IMG/VR virus record: IMGVR_UViG_3300028821_000038
Coordinates: 1-64,000 of that record
Source of the DNA: a virus
Direction: 5' to 3' (one strand)
DNA length: 64,000 nt
Position numbers and translations under genes: made by a program. Positions 19,734 to 30,450 of this stretch are shown piece by piece. The notes beneath the pieces were generated by a model, which saw only the letters and a program-made list of their open reading frames with translations, was not told where the DNA came from and searched no databases. Each line of letters opens with the position of its first letter. The stretch's first letter is position 1.

Positions 19734-21178
19734 GTGGGATGATTGGTCATATATCAGCAGAGGGATTGTTTACAGTCAACTACTCAAGTTCAAGGTTGGG
19801 AAATGTCGCAACAGGGTTTTCGTTATCAATGGTGGGTAAAGAAGGAACCTTGGGAGACCGGATGACGGTTGAAGTGAGCAATGGACTCGGAGGATCTGCA
19901 ATTTTTGGTAGTAAATATGGCGTTACATTGACAACCGGTAAAAGCCTATCTCGTTCATACAGGGGCGACATGAAGGTTGTTGTAGACCCAGGATATGATA
20001 TGTTTGGAAAGTTGATTATCATCCACGAGAAAGAGGGGGACTTTGTAAAGGCGACAAAAGATAGAGACCTTGGTTCTATAAGGGTTTTGAGTAATGCTAC
20101 AGCGAAGAGACTCTTATTTGGCAACCTGATGAGTGGGGATATGGCTGGATTTATAGATGGAATTATTGGAAAATTGGAGAATATAGTGTTAGATACCTCC
20201 AAGGCAAATGAGAGCCCTATCATTAAAGCCCTAACAGAATCAAATCTTATTAGGAAAATAAACAATTCAAATGCCATAGATGAGTTCTTATCATTCAGGA
20301 AAGTCTTTTCCATAGGGGATTTTTTCTCATCGCTTGTTGCGCCGTTTGGATTAGAGGTATATTGGGTTTCTGACAACATTTATTCTGTTGAACCAGCACG
20401 ACTTGCAGCAGGCCCTGGCGATAATGTTATTCATGTCCCAGAAGATATAATAGAGGAGCTGAATATTTCCTCAGATATATATAACGCACCAGATATCATT
20501 GTGCCATCGTTTGCAAGGAATGAGATGCTTGGTGCGCTAGGCTTAGATGTTGCTGCCAAAACTGCTTTGCTGACTGGCTTTACAAATACTGTAGGCTCAA
20601 GCGGAAATAGATTGAAAATATCCACATACGATATACCCAGCTTCCTTATGGACCCTGTAGAGACGGCAATGAGTAGTGTTGATTTTAAAAATGCTGGGTA
20701 TGGCGGTAATGCATCTAGGCACACAACCGATAAGGCCTTAAGAACCGTAGCTTCTTTCTTTAGTTCATATGCTAAAAAATCAACCCTGTATCGTCTAAAA
20801 ACTGGGAGCTGTACATTGGAATTTTCGCCACAGTTCACCCAAGGATTTTCATGGTATGAGATTGCCGGAGAAAAAGTATTTGTGTCAGATATCCACCACA
20901 CCATAACAAGAGGCTCAGCGTCAACTACTCTAAATATAGCCGGTAAGTTTTTCGATTTTGAATCAACAGACATCAAGACCCCCACACTTGATTTTAGTCA
21001 AGAAGAGAAGACTATAGCAGATGCTAAAAAGAAGTGTGATAAGCATATCAGAGAGATTAAGAAAACAAGAAAAATACAAAACAAGAAAGCGCCAACCCCT
21101 GGCAAAAGCTTTATGAAAGAAGAGGAGAAGAACAATGAGCTCAACAAAACGATTGTCAGCAGCGGATATTCTGAGTGA
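19730..21178 (+). CDS. Baseplate hub (gp27/gpD-like)
   Basis: C-terminal FVSDIHHTITRGSASTTLNI resembles the end of hub proteins; position after the tape measure. Confidence 0.55.
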   Translation: MSGMIGHISAEGLFTVNYSSSRLGNVATGFSLSMVGKEGTLGDRMTVEVSNGLGGSAIFGSKYGVTLTTGKSLSRSYRGDMKVVVDPGYDMFGKLIIIHEKEGDFVKATKDRDLGSIRVLSNATAKRLLFGNLMSGDMAGFIDGIIGKLENIVLDTSKANESPIIKALTESNLIRKINNSNAIDEFLSFRKVFSIGDFFSSLVAPFGLEVYWVSDNIYSVEPARLAAGPGDNVIHVPEDIIEELNISSDIYNAPDIIVPSFARNEMLGALGLDVAAKTALLTGFTNTVGSSGNRLKISTYDIPSFLMDPVETAMSSVDFKNAGYGGNASRHTTDKALRTVASFFSSYAKKSTLYRLKTGSCTLEFSPQFTQGFSWYEIAGEKVFVSDIHHTITRGSASTTLNIAGKFFDFESTDIKTPTLDFSQEEKTIADAKKKCDKHIREIKKTRKIQNKKAPTPGKSFMKEEEKNNELNKTIVSSGYSE

Positions 21179-21785
21179 TCCGGATGTAAAGTCCCAGGTA
21201 GATTATGCAGTATATAAATATGGGGGAAACCTACCCCCATCTGTTGCAAGAGCAGAGGCAGAAAGACTAGCAGTAGAGGCTATGCAGAAATACACAAAAA
21301 GCAAAGGGGGGATTCGAACCTATTTGTCTGGGGCCTTGAAAAAGATGAGTCGTATAGGTTACAAGGCATCATCAATTATGAAGATGCCAGAGTCCAGAAT
21401 GATATCCAAGACAAAAATCAATGATTTTATAGATGAGTATAGAGATACTCATGGTGTCTACCCTAGTATAGATATCATTTCTAAACATACAGGCACCAAG
21501 GAGTCAGATGTTATAAATTACCTCAATGAAGGGGCATCTCTAAAAACTGAATCTGCTTTTGAAAATTTTGGTGTTGGCGGCCCGGAAATGTCAGAGGAAG
21601 ATATAGTCAAAAGTGTATCTCCAGATTTGCGTGGCTTAGCTGAGGATATATATTTGAGAAACGTTAATAAAAACGCTATACTTAAGAAACACAAGATAGG
21701 TAGAACAACCTTTTTTGCAAGGAAGAAGCAGATAGATAGCCAGATTAGAAATATGTCGTCTGGACTAAATACTCTTTATAGGTAG
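21135..21785 (+). CDS. Phage sigma70-like factor
   Basis: Region 2-like LAVEAMQKYTKSKGGIRTYL, IMKMPE, region 3-like GVYPSIDIISKHTG, C-terminal HTH-like segment. Confidence 0.65.
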   Translation: MSSTKRLSAADILSDPDVKSQVDYAVYKYGGNLPPSVARAEAERLAVEAMQKYTKSKGGIRTYLSGALKKMSRIGYKASSIMKMPESRMISKTKINDFIDEYRDTHGVYPSIDIISKHTGTKESDVINYLNEGASLKTESAFENFGVGGPEMSEEDIVKSVSPDLRGLAEDIYLRNVNKNAILKKHKIGRTTFFARKKQIDSQIRNMSSGLNTLYR

Positions 21786-21786
21786 T

Positions 21787-22203
21787 GTGATGTCGGATAC
21801 AATTGTTTCTTATAAATACAAGAATAAGTTTGAAAGATATCATCTGCTCAGCACCACAGAGCAAGCTACCTATGATGATTTAGTAACCAACTTTATTAAG
21901 GAGCTTATAACAGAAGTTGGAAGTTGTGTTTTTGATAAAGATTACGGCACCAACTTTTATGAATATCTTGGGAATGTCGCCAATATATACAGGGTGAGAG
22001 ATGCTGTAAATAAGGCCACCAATGAAATCAAGGATAAGTACGGTATTGTTACTGTAGATGTTTCAGATGTTCACTTTTCTTCGGCGGATGGATTTATGAA
22101 TATCTCTCTCAAGATATTCTTTAAGGATGTGGCTCTGGTTAGCTACCTGAATGCCGTATATAATGGTTCTTATACCGATAAAGACATCATAGAGATAGGA
22201 TAG
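21787..22203 (+). CDS. Baseplate wedge protein, gp25/gpW-like
   Basis: LITEVGSCVFDKDYGT motif; 138 aa; precedes the J-like gene. Confidence 0.75.
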   Translation: MMSDTIVSYKYKNKFERYHLLSTTEQATYDDLVTNFIKELITEVGSCVFDKDYGTNFYEYLGNVANIYRVRDAVNKATNEIKDKYGIVTVDVSDVHFSSADGFMNISLKIFFKDVALVSYLNAVYNGSYTDKDIIEIG

Positions 22204-22205
22204 AT

Positions 22206-23489
22206 ATGGAGAATCTACTTTTAAACGACATCTTGGCATCTCGTGCTATTTTAGATGCAATGAAAAATATGGATCCTCGAATCATGGAGGCATCGGATGC
22301 TAAGGCAAAAGAGATATGTGGAGAGATTTTTCCTGATGTCAACTTTGGCCTTCAGGAAAATATTGATTTAGTCGTGAGGCCCCTGTCTGCTGTAATTGCC
22401 CTAAATGAGATGGTATTGCAGGAGATGTATCAGTCTACTAGTCTAGATGGAATATTGTCATCTGCTACCATTCCAGATCAGCTTAAAGTGCAAATGTTTC
22501 AAAACTTTGCGAAACTAAACAATATTCCCGTTGTGTCGAGCGATCCAGCATCACTATATAGCGAAATTACCCAGAAGCTTTTTTTGAACAATATCAACAA
22601 TATGGAGGTTTTCACCAATGACCTATATGAGGACTTCCCCTTTTTGACTCGCTTGTTTTTTGTCGATGATTCTATGTCTGAGATGGAGCGCAATAAGATT
22701 CCCTATATTCAAATAAATCATGCTGCAATAATGGACTTCGAAAGAAGTGAATACAATCGCGGGACACTCCTTAATGGGGCATATAACAGAGATGATTACC
22801 AGACTTACCAGGAGTACAAAGAGTCCGACAGGGTAACTATCCCTGGTATGCTTGATGTGTATTTTGGAACAAAGCCTATTGTTGAGACAACTACAGTCCA
22901 AAGAAGCGCAGATGGTTTTTATTATTTGCCCGAAGGATACTATATAGATATCTCTTGCAATAAGCCTTTCGAGATTTTAGAGGATGATACTATGCGCTGG
23001 GGGATTGCAAAGCTCAAAGTGGGCATAGACATCGAGAATGGGGATGAGAACGAAGAGATTACTCATATGAGATACCTGGATCCTCTTTTTGAGAACTATA
23101 AAAACAAAGATGCCTTGGTGGTCAGAGATGTTATGTATAAGGGGTTTTTCCCCTTGTTGGTGCATTTCACTTTATATACAAAAGAGGATTTGGATCCATA
23201 TGCTATTCGTGATGCAGTTGTGGAATATCTTGATAGTATCAGTGGAAGCATAGAGTTGGTATCCGTTGCAAATATGCAAAGCTTTTTGGCTGAGAAGGGT
23301 TTTCGTGTAGTTGTGTCAAGCAACAATGCAGCTTCGCTGTTTGTATCGGTTGGCGCCAAGGTCGATATGGATACTGTTTTTCCGTTGACCATGAGAGATA
23401 TAACCGTGCCACCAGAGCTTAAGACTAGTCAGATATCAGAAAAAACTATAATGATTTTTGCCGGGGATATTCATGTCGTCAAAGAATAG
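22206..23489 (+). CDS. Baseplate wedge protein (J/gp6-like)
   Basis: Follows the gp25-like gene; DLVVRPLSAVIA and PGMLDVY motifs. Confidence 0.5.
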   Translation: MENLLLNDILASRAILDAMKNMDPRIMEASDAKAKEICGEIFPDVNFGLQENIDLVVRPLSAVIALNEMVLQEMYQSTSLDGILSSATIPDQLKVQMFQNFAKLNNIPVVSSDPASLYSEITQKLFLNNINNMEVFTNDLYEDFPFLTRLFFVDDSMSEMERNKIPYIQINHAAIMDFERSEYNRGTLLNGAYNRDDYQTYQEYKESDRVTIPGMLDVYFGTKPIVETTTVQRSADGFYYLPEGYYIDISCNKPFEILEDDTMRWGIAKLKVGIDIENGDENEEITHMRYLDPLFENYKNKDALVVRDVMYKGFFPLLVHFTLYTKEDLDPYAIRDAVVEYLDSISGSIELVSVANMQSFLAEKGFRVVVSSNNAASLFVSVGAKVDMDTVFPLTMRDITVPPELKTSQISEKTIMIFAGDIHVVKE

Positions 23490-25296
23490 TATATTTATTC
23501 GCCTGCTAGGGTCTTTTTATGAGCAAACCGCTAATACAGACTTTGCAAACAGAATAGATCATATCTATACCAATATCCTTTTTCAGCGCTTTGCTGATAT
23601 TGTTCAGCAGGCTATATATACACACGACATGTCCTCTACTGCTGTTTCCAGGTTTGGGTATATTAGGGCCTCTGAGATAGACATACAAAACAATACAATA
23701 AAAATATATGACATTACTCACAAGGAAGTAGTGGATGCAAAATATATTTCATTTGACTATCTGGAGATAGATAGGTTTTATCACATTTCCCCAGATGGAA
23801 GTGTTGCTCCGGAAATCATAGAAAAGCTTTCTTCCTATGGCACGACCTATATCCCCATTGTGTATATTACCAATGGTGAGCTTTTTGTGTATTCAGATAC
23901 AGCGTTTGATTTTTTTGAGTATGCAGAAAGTGTGGATATTGATGCACTAACTGTATTGACTGCCAGAATGGTGTCGGAGAACCTTATCAATATACCGCAC
24001 TCTACAAGAAAGATAGAGAGACTTGCCAATATATCTCTCGGCTCTATTTGGTGTATAGGTGATGAAGAGGAGGTGTTGTATATAGATGATGATACCGTCT
24101 TAACAACAAAGAATAAATATTTGCTTGATGATGTAAATGTTGGCAAGGTATGCGTATCTGTTGGGGATGTTTTAAAAAGAGGAGATTTAATCACCAGGTT
24201 TGCTCATATACCAGATAAGCCCTATATTAATGATGTTAGAAAGATAGAGCTCTTCCTAGGTAGTCATAGTGTTTCAGAATCCAACCGAAAATTCCTGCAA
24301 AAAATATCAAGAGCTATCACAAAGAACACTATTCCTCTGTATGTAGATTTAGATGTATTAACTTCCATCCCATTGTCATCTCTCAATGCTATTTCGGAGG
24401 TGTTTAAGCATATAGCTGCTGCCGCGATAGAAACATCTTCTATCAAGGCAGAATCTGAAACTGCAGAATGTCTCATCTCGCATACACATCTTGTACAGGA
24501 AAGATGTGTATGTAATATTTTCTCTCGTGGAGAATGGATACTTGAGACTTGGGGAACTACTGAAACAGTATCATTGAGCGATAGCGGCACAACATTGATT
24601 GTTTCTAAAGCTCAGGCCTCTGCAGGGGATACGCTTCTTGCTTCCACAGATAACTACGCCTTCGACGAGGATATTGTTGCGTCAGAGGATTCGGTAAATC
24701 TACATATCACCAATGCTGAAGCCACAGGAATCGAGACGAGTGATACTTCCGGTAGCCTGCAAAGGAACTCTTTCGTAGATATGTTGGATGAGAGTAAAAT
24801 CCTGCAAGTATTCCATGCATCAGGAGATCTCGACGACAATTATCCATTCTCGAATATTATTGTGAATATTGCTGATGCGATACACCTGTCTGAAAACAAC
24901 AAAAAGGTTTTGAGCTTCTACTATCAGGCATCGGCTTCGATGGAGGATTCAAACAAGTTTATTATGGAGAATATCTTTGAGGTGGGGACTAATGAGCAGC
25001 TCATAAAGAAGCTTACCGTTCAGATAGAAGATGATATAGCAGGAGACCTTAAAGCATCGATAAATCAGGTTGAGCGCGTAGCGGCTGCCCTCCAAAGCGA
25101 TACCCAGGCAATACACAAATTCAAAACCGAAACAGCTTCTGCTCTGGATGATTACATACCTGATGGCCTTATGGAGTATCAGGTAGAGGGTGGAATTGAT
25201 GACTTGAGAAGCAATAGGTTTATGGTGGTAGGCATCGTGAATATTACTGGTGAAGATGATATGAAGGTAATTGGAGATACCGATGTTGACGACTAG
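23473..25296 (+). CDS. Baseplate wedge protein (gp7/tail protein I-like) with acidic repeats
   Basis: Synteny; start placed at ATG 23473. Confidence 0.45.
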   Translation: MSSKNSIFIRLLGSFYEQTANTDFANRIDHIYTNILFQRFADIVQQAIYTHDMSSTAVSRFGYIRASEIDIQNNTIKIYDITHKEVVDAKYISFDYLEIDRFYHISPDGSVAPEIIEKLSSYGTTYIPIVYITNGELFVYSDTAFDFFEYAESVDIDALTVLTARMVSENLINIPHSTRKIERLANISLGSIWCIGDEEEVLYIDDDTVLTTKNKYLLDDVNVGKVCVSVGDVLKRGDLITRFAHIPDKPYINDVRKIELFLGSHSVSESNRKFLQKISRAITKNTIPLYVDLDVLTSIPLSSLNAISEVFKHIAAAAIETSSIKAESETAECLISHTHLVQERCVCNIFSRGEWILETWGTTETVSLSDSGTTLIVSKAQASAGDTLLASTDNYAFDEDIVASEDSVNLHITNAEATGIETSDTSGSLQRNSFVDMLDESKILQVFHASGDLDDNYPFSNIIVNIADAIHLSENNKKVLSFYYQASASMEDSNKFIMENIFEVGTNEQLIKKLTVQIEDDIAGDLKASINQVERVAAALQSDTQAIHKFKTETASALDDYIPDGLMEYQVEGGIDDLRSNRFMVVGIVNITGEDDMKVIGDTDVDD

Positions 25297-25299
25297 ATA

Positions 25300-25308
25300 T
25301 GATACAAT
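25300..25308 (+). promoter_or_regulatory. Extended -10 promoter TGATACAAT
   Basis: Intergenic; identical to the box at 7127. Confidence 0.55.
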
Positions 25309-25365
25309 ACAAGCGTACAATAGATGCGTTTAGTATCTAAAATTTTTCACAATTAAGGAATAGCT

Positions 25366-26289
25366 ATGTTAGATAAAGCACAAGCAAAAGAGGCATATGA
25401 AGTTCTGAACTCAGGGAGGGCGTTTGGAGGTCTTGTGGGGCAGGTAAATCTGGTGGTTACAGACCCAAAAGGAAGAGTTGTTGATTTGCATAGCCTATAC
25501 GACGGTATAACTGTTGGAGACACTATGTTTAACACCACCTTGAATACAGCAAAGAAGGTTTTTTCTCATGCCGCAATAGGTGACACCAACTATAAGATTG
25601 CAAAAATAGCCTTCGGGAATGCCGGCCACAATTTTGACGATCCCCGATTCCCAATAGATCCTACTCCAGATGATGTCGAGCTGAAATCTGCACAATATAT
25701 CAGAGAATCTCTCAATGATGCCGATGATGCAAAACACTTCCTGTACACCGACGACAATGGCGTCTCTCACAGGATGGTATATGTCGAAAAAGATATTATC
25801 GCTTCGGAGCATATCAGTTTTGGGGAAAACGGAGACCAAATCATCATTACCGTGCCTATGGCATATGATGACTTCAACTACAGGGTAGGCGGTGCCAATG
25901 ACGATACCTCCGTAAGATACCAGGACGACCTTATATCCTACGATCTTATCAATGACGCCGACGGCTCCCTTATTCAGATGAGAAATGTAGATGCAAACGG
26001 TGTTCCCGAAGGAACTGATTCTGAAATATACTCCTGGGATGATTCTGGTACGAGAAGATATCTCTTTAAAAATGGCCTGGATGCCAATGGTAATATCGAT
26101 ACTACCAACGGCGGATACAGACCCCAAGAGATATCTGAAATACTCCTCCTGTCAGATATCACAGGTACCGGAACAGCGGAGGATCCTTATGAGAAACTTG
26201 CAACATCGAGAATCACAACAGGTCTGCTGACTTATCCGGCGGGCTTTTCATTCTCTTTTCAATGGATTCTAACCTGGAATTTCTCCTAA
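25366..26289 (+). CDS. Baseplate/tail-fibre attachment protein
   Basis: IAKIAFGNAG...ISEILLL...FSFQWILTW pattern typical of fibre-proximal proteins; C-ending codon bias. Confidence 0.55.
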   Translation: MLDKAQAKEAYEVLNSGRAFGGLVGQVNLVVTDPKGRVVDLHSLYDGITVGDTMFNTTLNTAKKVFSHAAIGDTNYKIAKIAFGNAGHNFDDPRFPIDPTPDDVELKSAQYIRESLNDADDAKHFLYTDDNGVSHRMVYVEKDIIASEHISFGENGDQIIITVPMAYDDFNYRVGGANDDTSVRYQDDLISYDLINDADGSLIQMRNVDANGVPEGTDSEIYSWDDSGTRRYLFKNGLDANGNIDTTNGGYRPQEISEILLLSDITGTGTAEDPYEKLATSRITTGLLTYPAGFSFSFQWILTWNFS

Positions 26290-26323
26290 TATAGGGGATT
26301 CCCACTAAAATTAAGCTTTTGAA

Positions 26324-26332
26324 TGCTATACT
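26324..26332 (+). promoter_or_regulatory. Extended -10 promoter TGCTATACT
   Basis: Upstream of the AAAGGAG RBS of the endonuclease gene. Confidence 0.55.
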
Positions 26333-26353
26333 TTCTCCAAAAAGGAGAAATGT

Positions 26354-27850
26354 ATGGCATACACTTACGACTATTTCTTACAATGTCTTGATGGCAGCAA
26401 CGCAAAAATTCTTTCCGAATATAAAAATTCAGCAACAAAAGTATTGATTCAATGTGCATGTGGGAACGCATTCGAGCGTACACCTGAAAAGTGCACAAGA
26501 ACATATCGTTCTATTGGGTCTATATGCTGTGTTGAATGCAGTAAAAAAATTAGAGCTGAGAAGAAAATATCAGACACAAAGAGAAAAATTAAAAAAGAGC
26601 TTGATAGTGTTGGTGCAAAGCTTCTATCTGACTATAGAGCAGGGGAAAAGCTAAGAATTATTGGTTCTTGCGGACACGAATTTGAAAGGGTTTATGGGCT
26701 CATCAAGAGAAGTATTAATACATATGGGGCTGTGTTTTGTATGTCGTGTGCTGCAAAACAAAGAGCTCAGAAGAAATCCAAAGTGAAAGAAAAAGCTAAA
26801 ACATTTAAGGATAATAATGTTGATATTGTATCTTATGGTGACAACATGAATGCGAAAATGAGGATTCGATGCAAATGTGGAGAGGAGTTTGATAGAAGGG
26901 CCGCGAATATAGATATTTGGCTAAGAGAAGGGAGGGAGGTTGTGTGTCCAAAGTGTTCAATGTCGTCATCGTCATCATTTGAAGAGGAAATAGCTGAGAT
27001 TTTAGAGTCTAACAGAATAAAGATAAGAACTAGCGATAGAAAGATAATATCCCCAAAAGAAATAGATATTGTATCGGACGACCACAAGATTTGCATAGAG
27101 TTTGACGGCATGCATTGGCATAGTGAAACTATTTTAAGAAAGAAACATAGATATCCATATAAATATCATCTCAACAAAACAATTGATGCGTACAACGCAG
27201 GATATAAGATGATTCATGTTTTTGAGAGTGAGTGGATCAATAAAAAAGATATTGTGCAGAGCGTTCTATTGGCAAAATTTGGGATATCGAAATATAAGGT
27301 CTTTGCAAGGAAGCTGTATCTATCGAGAGTCAGCTCGAAAGATGCAAGGATCTTTTATGACGAAAATCATCTGCAGGGCTTTTGCAAGGCAAAGCTTCAC
27401 TATGGGCTAGTTGGCGATACTGGAGAGATTATTGCAATGATGTCGTTTGCAAAAAATAGATATTCCGACAAGGCAGATTGGGAGCTCGTTAGATACGCAC
27501 CGAAGCTAAACACATCAGTGATTGGTGGCTTTGCGAGGTTACTAAAACACTTCAGGCGCAACCACGACGGAAGCATATTATCGTATGCAGATATTAGGTA
27601 CTCTGGGTATAATCCATCTGAGACAGTATATACAAGGCACGGGTTTACTTTTGTTGGGTACTCTAAGCCAGGCTATATATATTTCAAGGGTGATGGAAGA
27701 AAAACATTTTCAAGAACTGAATTTCAGAAGCATAAGCTCAGAGAAAAGCTCAAGAGCTTTGATCCAGAAAAAACAGAGTATCAAAACATGCTCAACAATG
27801 GATATGACAGAATCTGGGATTGCGGAAATATGGTTTTTAAAATGATATAA
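26354..27850 (+). mobile_element. Free-standing Hef-like homing endonuclease (Zn-ribbon repeats plus Vsr/PD-(D/E)xK-like nuclease)
   Basis: Repeated CxCG...CxxC units; EIDI...IEFDGMHWH, IHVFESEW, ENHLQG, WELVRY, SYADIRYS, RIWDCG, as in Hef proteins of Campylobacter phages. Confidence 0.8.
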
Positions 27851-27851
27851 T
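27843..27851 (+). promoter_or_regulatory. Extended -10 promoter TGATATAAT overlapping the endonuclease stop codon
   Basis: Perfect consensus, 22 nt upstream of ATG 27874. Confidence 0.6.
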
Positions 27852-27873
27852 ACATCAAAAAAGGGTTAAGCCT

Positions 27874-28044
27874 ATGTTTAAAGTCGTAATCTCGGTAAAG
27901 CCCCCAGAAGTAAAAACGATAAGGCCTTATCGCCTAATTGAACCTATGACGAAAGACATTAAACAACTTAGGATGGATGACATCAATAACAATTTTCAAG
28001 CTGTACAAAGGTGGTTAAATGTTAGAAGAAATTACTCTTCCTGA
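27874..28044 (+). CDS. Small hypothetical protein (56 aa, not in ORF track)
   Basis: MFKVVISVKPPEVKTIRPYRLIEPMTKDIKQLRMDDINNNFQAVQRWLNVRRNYSS; AAGGG RBS; fills the gap. Confidence 0.6.
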   Translation: MFKVVISVKPPEVKTIRPYRLIEPMTKDIKQLRMDDINNNFQAVQRWLNVRRNYSS

Positions 28045-28309
28045 TGATTATACAGGGACATTGGCACAGGAAAACGAAATCATCGACAAGGTAAACAGGA
28101 ACTTTTATGCTATCTTAAATCAAATCATAGAGAATGGAAAAGAAACTTTTTCGATGGAAGAGCATATTGTGGATTTTGAGGGCTATCAGATAGAGATCTT
28201 TTTTTCAGAAAACAAGAGTAGCGCCAAAATAACCACAGTAAACGATACAATCGTGATTGATATTGCAGGAAAAACCATCAGGATAGATGCAGATGGCAAC
28301 ATTGTTTGA
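28019..28309 (+). CDS. Hypothetical protein
   Basis: AAAGGTGG RBS; overlapping operon structure. Confidence 0.65.
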   Translation: MLEEITLPDDYTGTLAQENEIIDKVNRNFYAILNQIIENGKETFSMEEHIVDFEGYQIEIFFSENKSSAKITTVNDTIVIDIAGKTIRIDADGNIV

Positions 28310-29360
28310 GAAAGAACTAAATCAGCACGACTACGAATTTGCCTATGCAAACCTGAAATATAGCCCCCTGTCTGATACAACCTGGGAAACTCAGATTATC
28401 ACATACCTTTTTGATGACCAGAAGGAGATAGTCGAGCTCTTATCGTTGGCTGAAAGTTATGCAGAGGAAATCTATACCTACTCTTCTGCCGAGATGCATC
28501 TTAGGTATCATCATATATCTTCAAGTCTTGCTCCCTCTATAGAGGCTGTCAATATACACATTGATACCACCGGAAATGAATCTTGTTCTGGTTTGATGAC
28601 AGGGCAGGCGGCTGATAGCATAATGTCATCATATTTTTGGAGGGAATATTCTTCTGTTCAAATAACGAATATGTTATATAGCTCTGCATATGAAACAGAC
28701 ACCCATGACCCTATGGCTACTCAGGAGCTTATTAATACCACTTTTTTAGGAACATCTGCAGGGCAGGTTTTGAGGAGTTGTACGGTTGAGCCACTAGGCT
28801 TGCCGGTAAGGGACGAATCCATCTCTCCTCTTAGGGTTGTTCCTTTTTCGGATCTCCAGCGGGTATATTTTAACCAAGCCGATACAATTCCTTTGAATAC
28901 ATACAAAATCCACAATATGGATTATATTTTTTCTCACAAGTTGATATCTGCAAACAGTATTGAATTTACGGGGAGACTCGTCTTATCGGATGCTGTTGGA
29001 GATGGTGACTTTTTGACTCTTGAGAGTTATACAGCTGACTTTTTACAAAAGGGTGGGTATATTAGTGACAATGCCGAGCTGAAAGATGACACTACAACCA
29101 ATGCTGTTGTTTTATCGGAGGCTGTGGATATTTTTGTAGAGAGCAAGGCCCCCATAGAGGGGTGGCGAAGTGTAGACTTAACGAAAAGTACCTTTAAGAC
29201 TGATGAGTTTTTGGATGGAGTTGTTGATGAAATACTGGAAAATACCACCCCCTCCAATAGCGACGAGATGGATAGTGTTGTGGCCAAGAGGGAGATTGAT
29301 TATATGCTTGACAAGCTAATTGCAAAAATACTAGATGAGGATGTTTGTAATGACAATTAA
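28287..29360 (+). CDS. Hypothetical acidic protein, probably structural
   Basis: 357 aa ORF in the late region. Confidence 0.6.
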   Translation: MQMATLFEKELNQHDYEFAYANLKYSPLSDTTWETQIITYLFDDQKEIVELLSLAESYAEEIYTYSSAEMHLRYHHISSSLAPSIEAVNIHIDTTGNESCSGLMTGQAADSIMSSYFWREYSSVQITNMLYSSAYETDTHDPMATQELINTTFLGTSAGQVLRSCTVEPLGLPVRDESISPLRVVPFSDLQRVYFNQADTIPLNTYKIHNMDYIFSHKLISANSIEFTGRLVLSDAVGDGDFLTLESYTADFLQKGGYISDNAELKDDTTTNAVVLSEAVDIFVESKAPIEGWRSVDLTKSTFKTDEFLDGVVDEILENTTPSNSDEMDSVVAKREIDYMLDKLIAKILDEDVCNDN

Positions 29361-30450
29361 GGAGAAGCTTGAAGCTAAGCTGCAAGAATTAGAGGAATTA
29401 AAAAGTAAACTCATTAATCTATCACACTTTAATAATCCCGATAATGACACTACATTCTATTCTGATGCCTCGGTGAAAGATTTGCGAAAAACACAGGGGG
29501 TGACACCTAAAAATGTCGGCGAAGTTTTAATGGTTGTCATCAAGACGGTCAATGAATATATTGATTATATCAATAAGCTTGATTATGCATCAGTTGCTTC
29601 AGTTATGAGGGATAGAATTGTGAAAAACTACAAGATAATATCCTCTATATCAGATATTTCAGGTATAGATCCAGATTTTGATTTGCAATACACAGGAGTT
29701 GATTTTCAGTCTTTGGTGCCATATTTGCCAGATGCCGAGTATTCTTCTCCGGTTAAAAATATATCAATAACGGGAGCCCCTGTTTTAAGAAGCGGGACAG
29801 CAACTGGTGATACAGTGAATATTGGTGCTGTTTTTATAAATATCAATCCTCGACTTGGAGTAAACAATAGTATTAGATTTCCGAATGGCGTAATTTCCGC
29901 ATCTCTTTCATCAGCGCTTCTTGGGGGTGATGATTTGTTTATTGTCGGCATTTATGCAAAGGAAGATCTATCTCAGTATGATGCGCTTTATATGGATTTT
30001 ACATATAGAGTTGATATTAGCTTCGACGACGGTACCACAGATACAAAGCTATATTCTATCGCCAACAAAAAGATAGGAGTAGAAGAGAATAATTTTGATT
30101 CCACTAGGCCTGACGCAATAATAGCCTGGGACGCTTTATCTGTTAATCGGGTAGATTTTAGCATCATCAATACACAAGGTGATTCTACATCCATTGCAAC
30201 ATCGGTAGACCGGCCTATTGGAGGCGGTAGTTTTGCTGGAAATATTGTTAGCCAGATCTTGATTGGTGCTTTTTCGTCGGATATGGCAGAATATCAATTA
30301 AGTTATAGAGATAACTGCGCGTACTATAGGGGTTTATATGATACTGTTTATGACTTATATATGGCAAACGAAGAAGCAATGACCCCAATAGTGATACCAA
30401 ATCTTAAGCCAATTGATGAGGTGCTTTATGACGCACTTAGAGATATATAA
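29335..30450 (+). CDS. Hypothetical protein, probably structural
   Basis: 371 aa ORF, coiled-coil N-terminus and beta-rich core; start uncertain. Confidence 0.6.
   Translation: MRMFVMTIKEKLEAKLQELEELKSKLINLSHFNNPDNDTTFYSDASVKDLRKTQGVTPKNVGEVLMVVIKTVNEYIDYINKLDYASVASVMRDRIVKNYKIISSISDISGIDPDFDLQYTGVDFQSLVPYLPDAEYSSPVKNISITGAPVLRSGTATGDTVNIGAVFININPRLGVNNSIRFPNGVISASLSSALLGGDDLFIVGIYAKEDLSQYDALYMDFTYRVDISFDDGTTDTKLYSIANKKIGVEENNFDSTRPDAIIAWDALSVNRVDFSIINTQGDSTSIATSVDRPIGGGSFAGNIVSQILIGAFSSDMAEYQLSYRDNCAYYRGLYDTVYDLYMANEEAMTPIVIPNLKPIDEVLYDALRDI

Noticed and set aside
9774-26289. Tailocin or extracellular contractile injection system
   Set aside because: Portal, prohead protease, neck, DnaB, RNR and recombination genes in the same region indicate a complete phage
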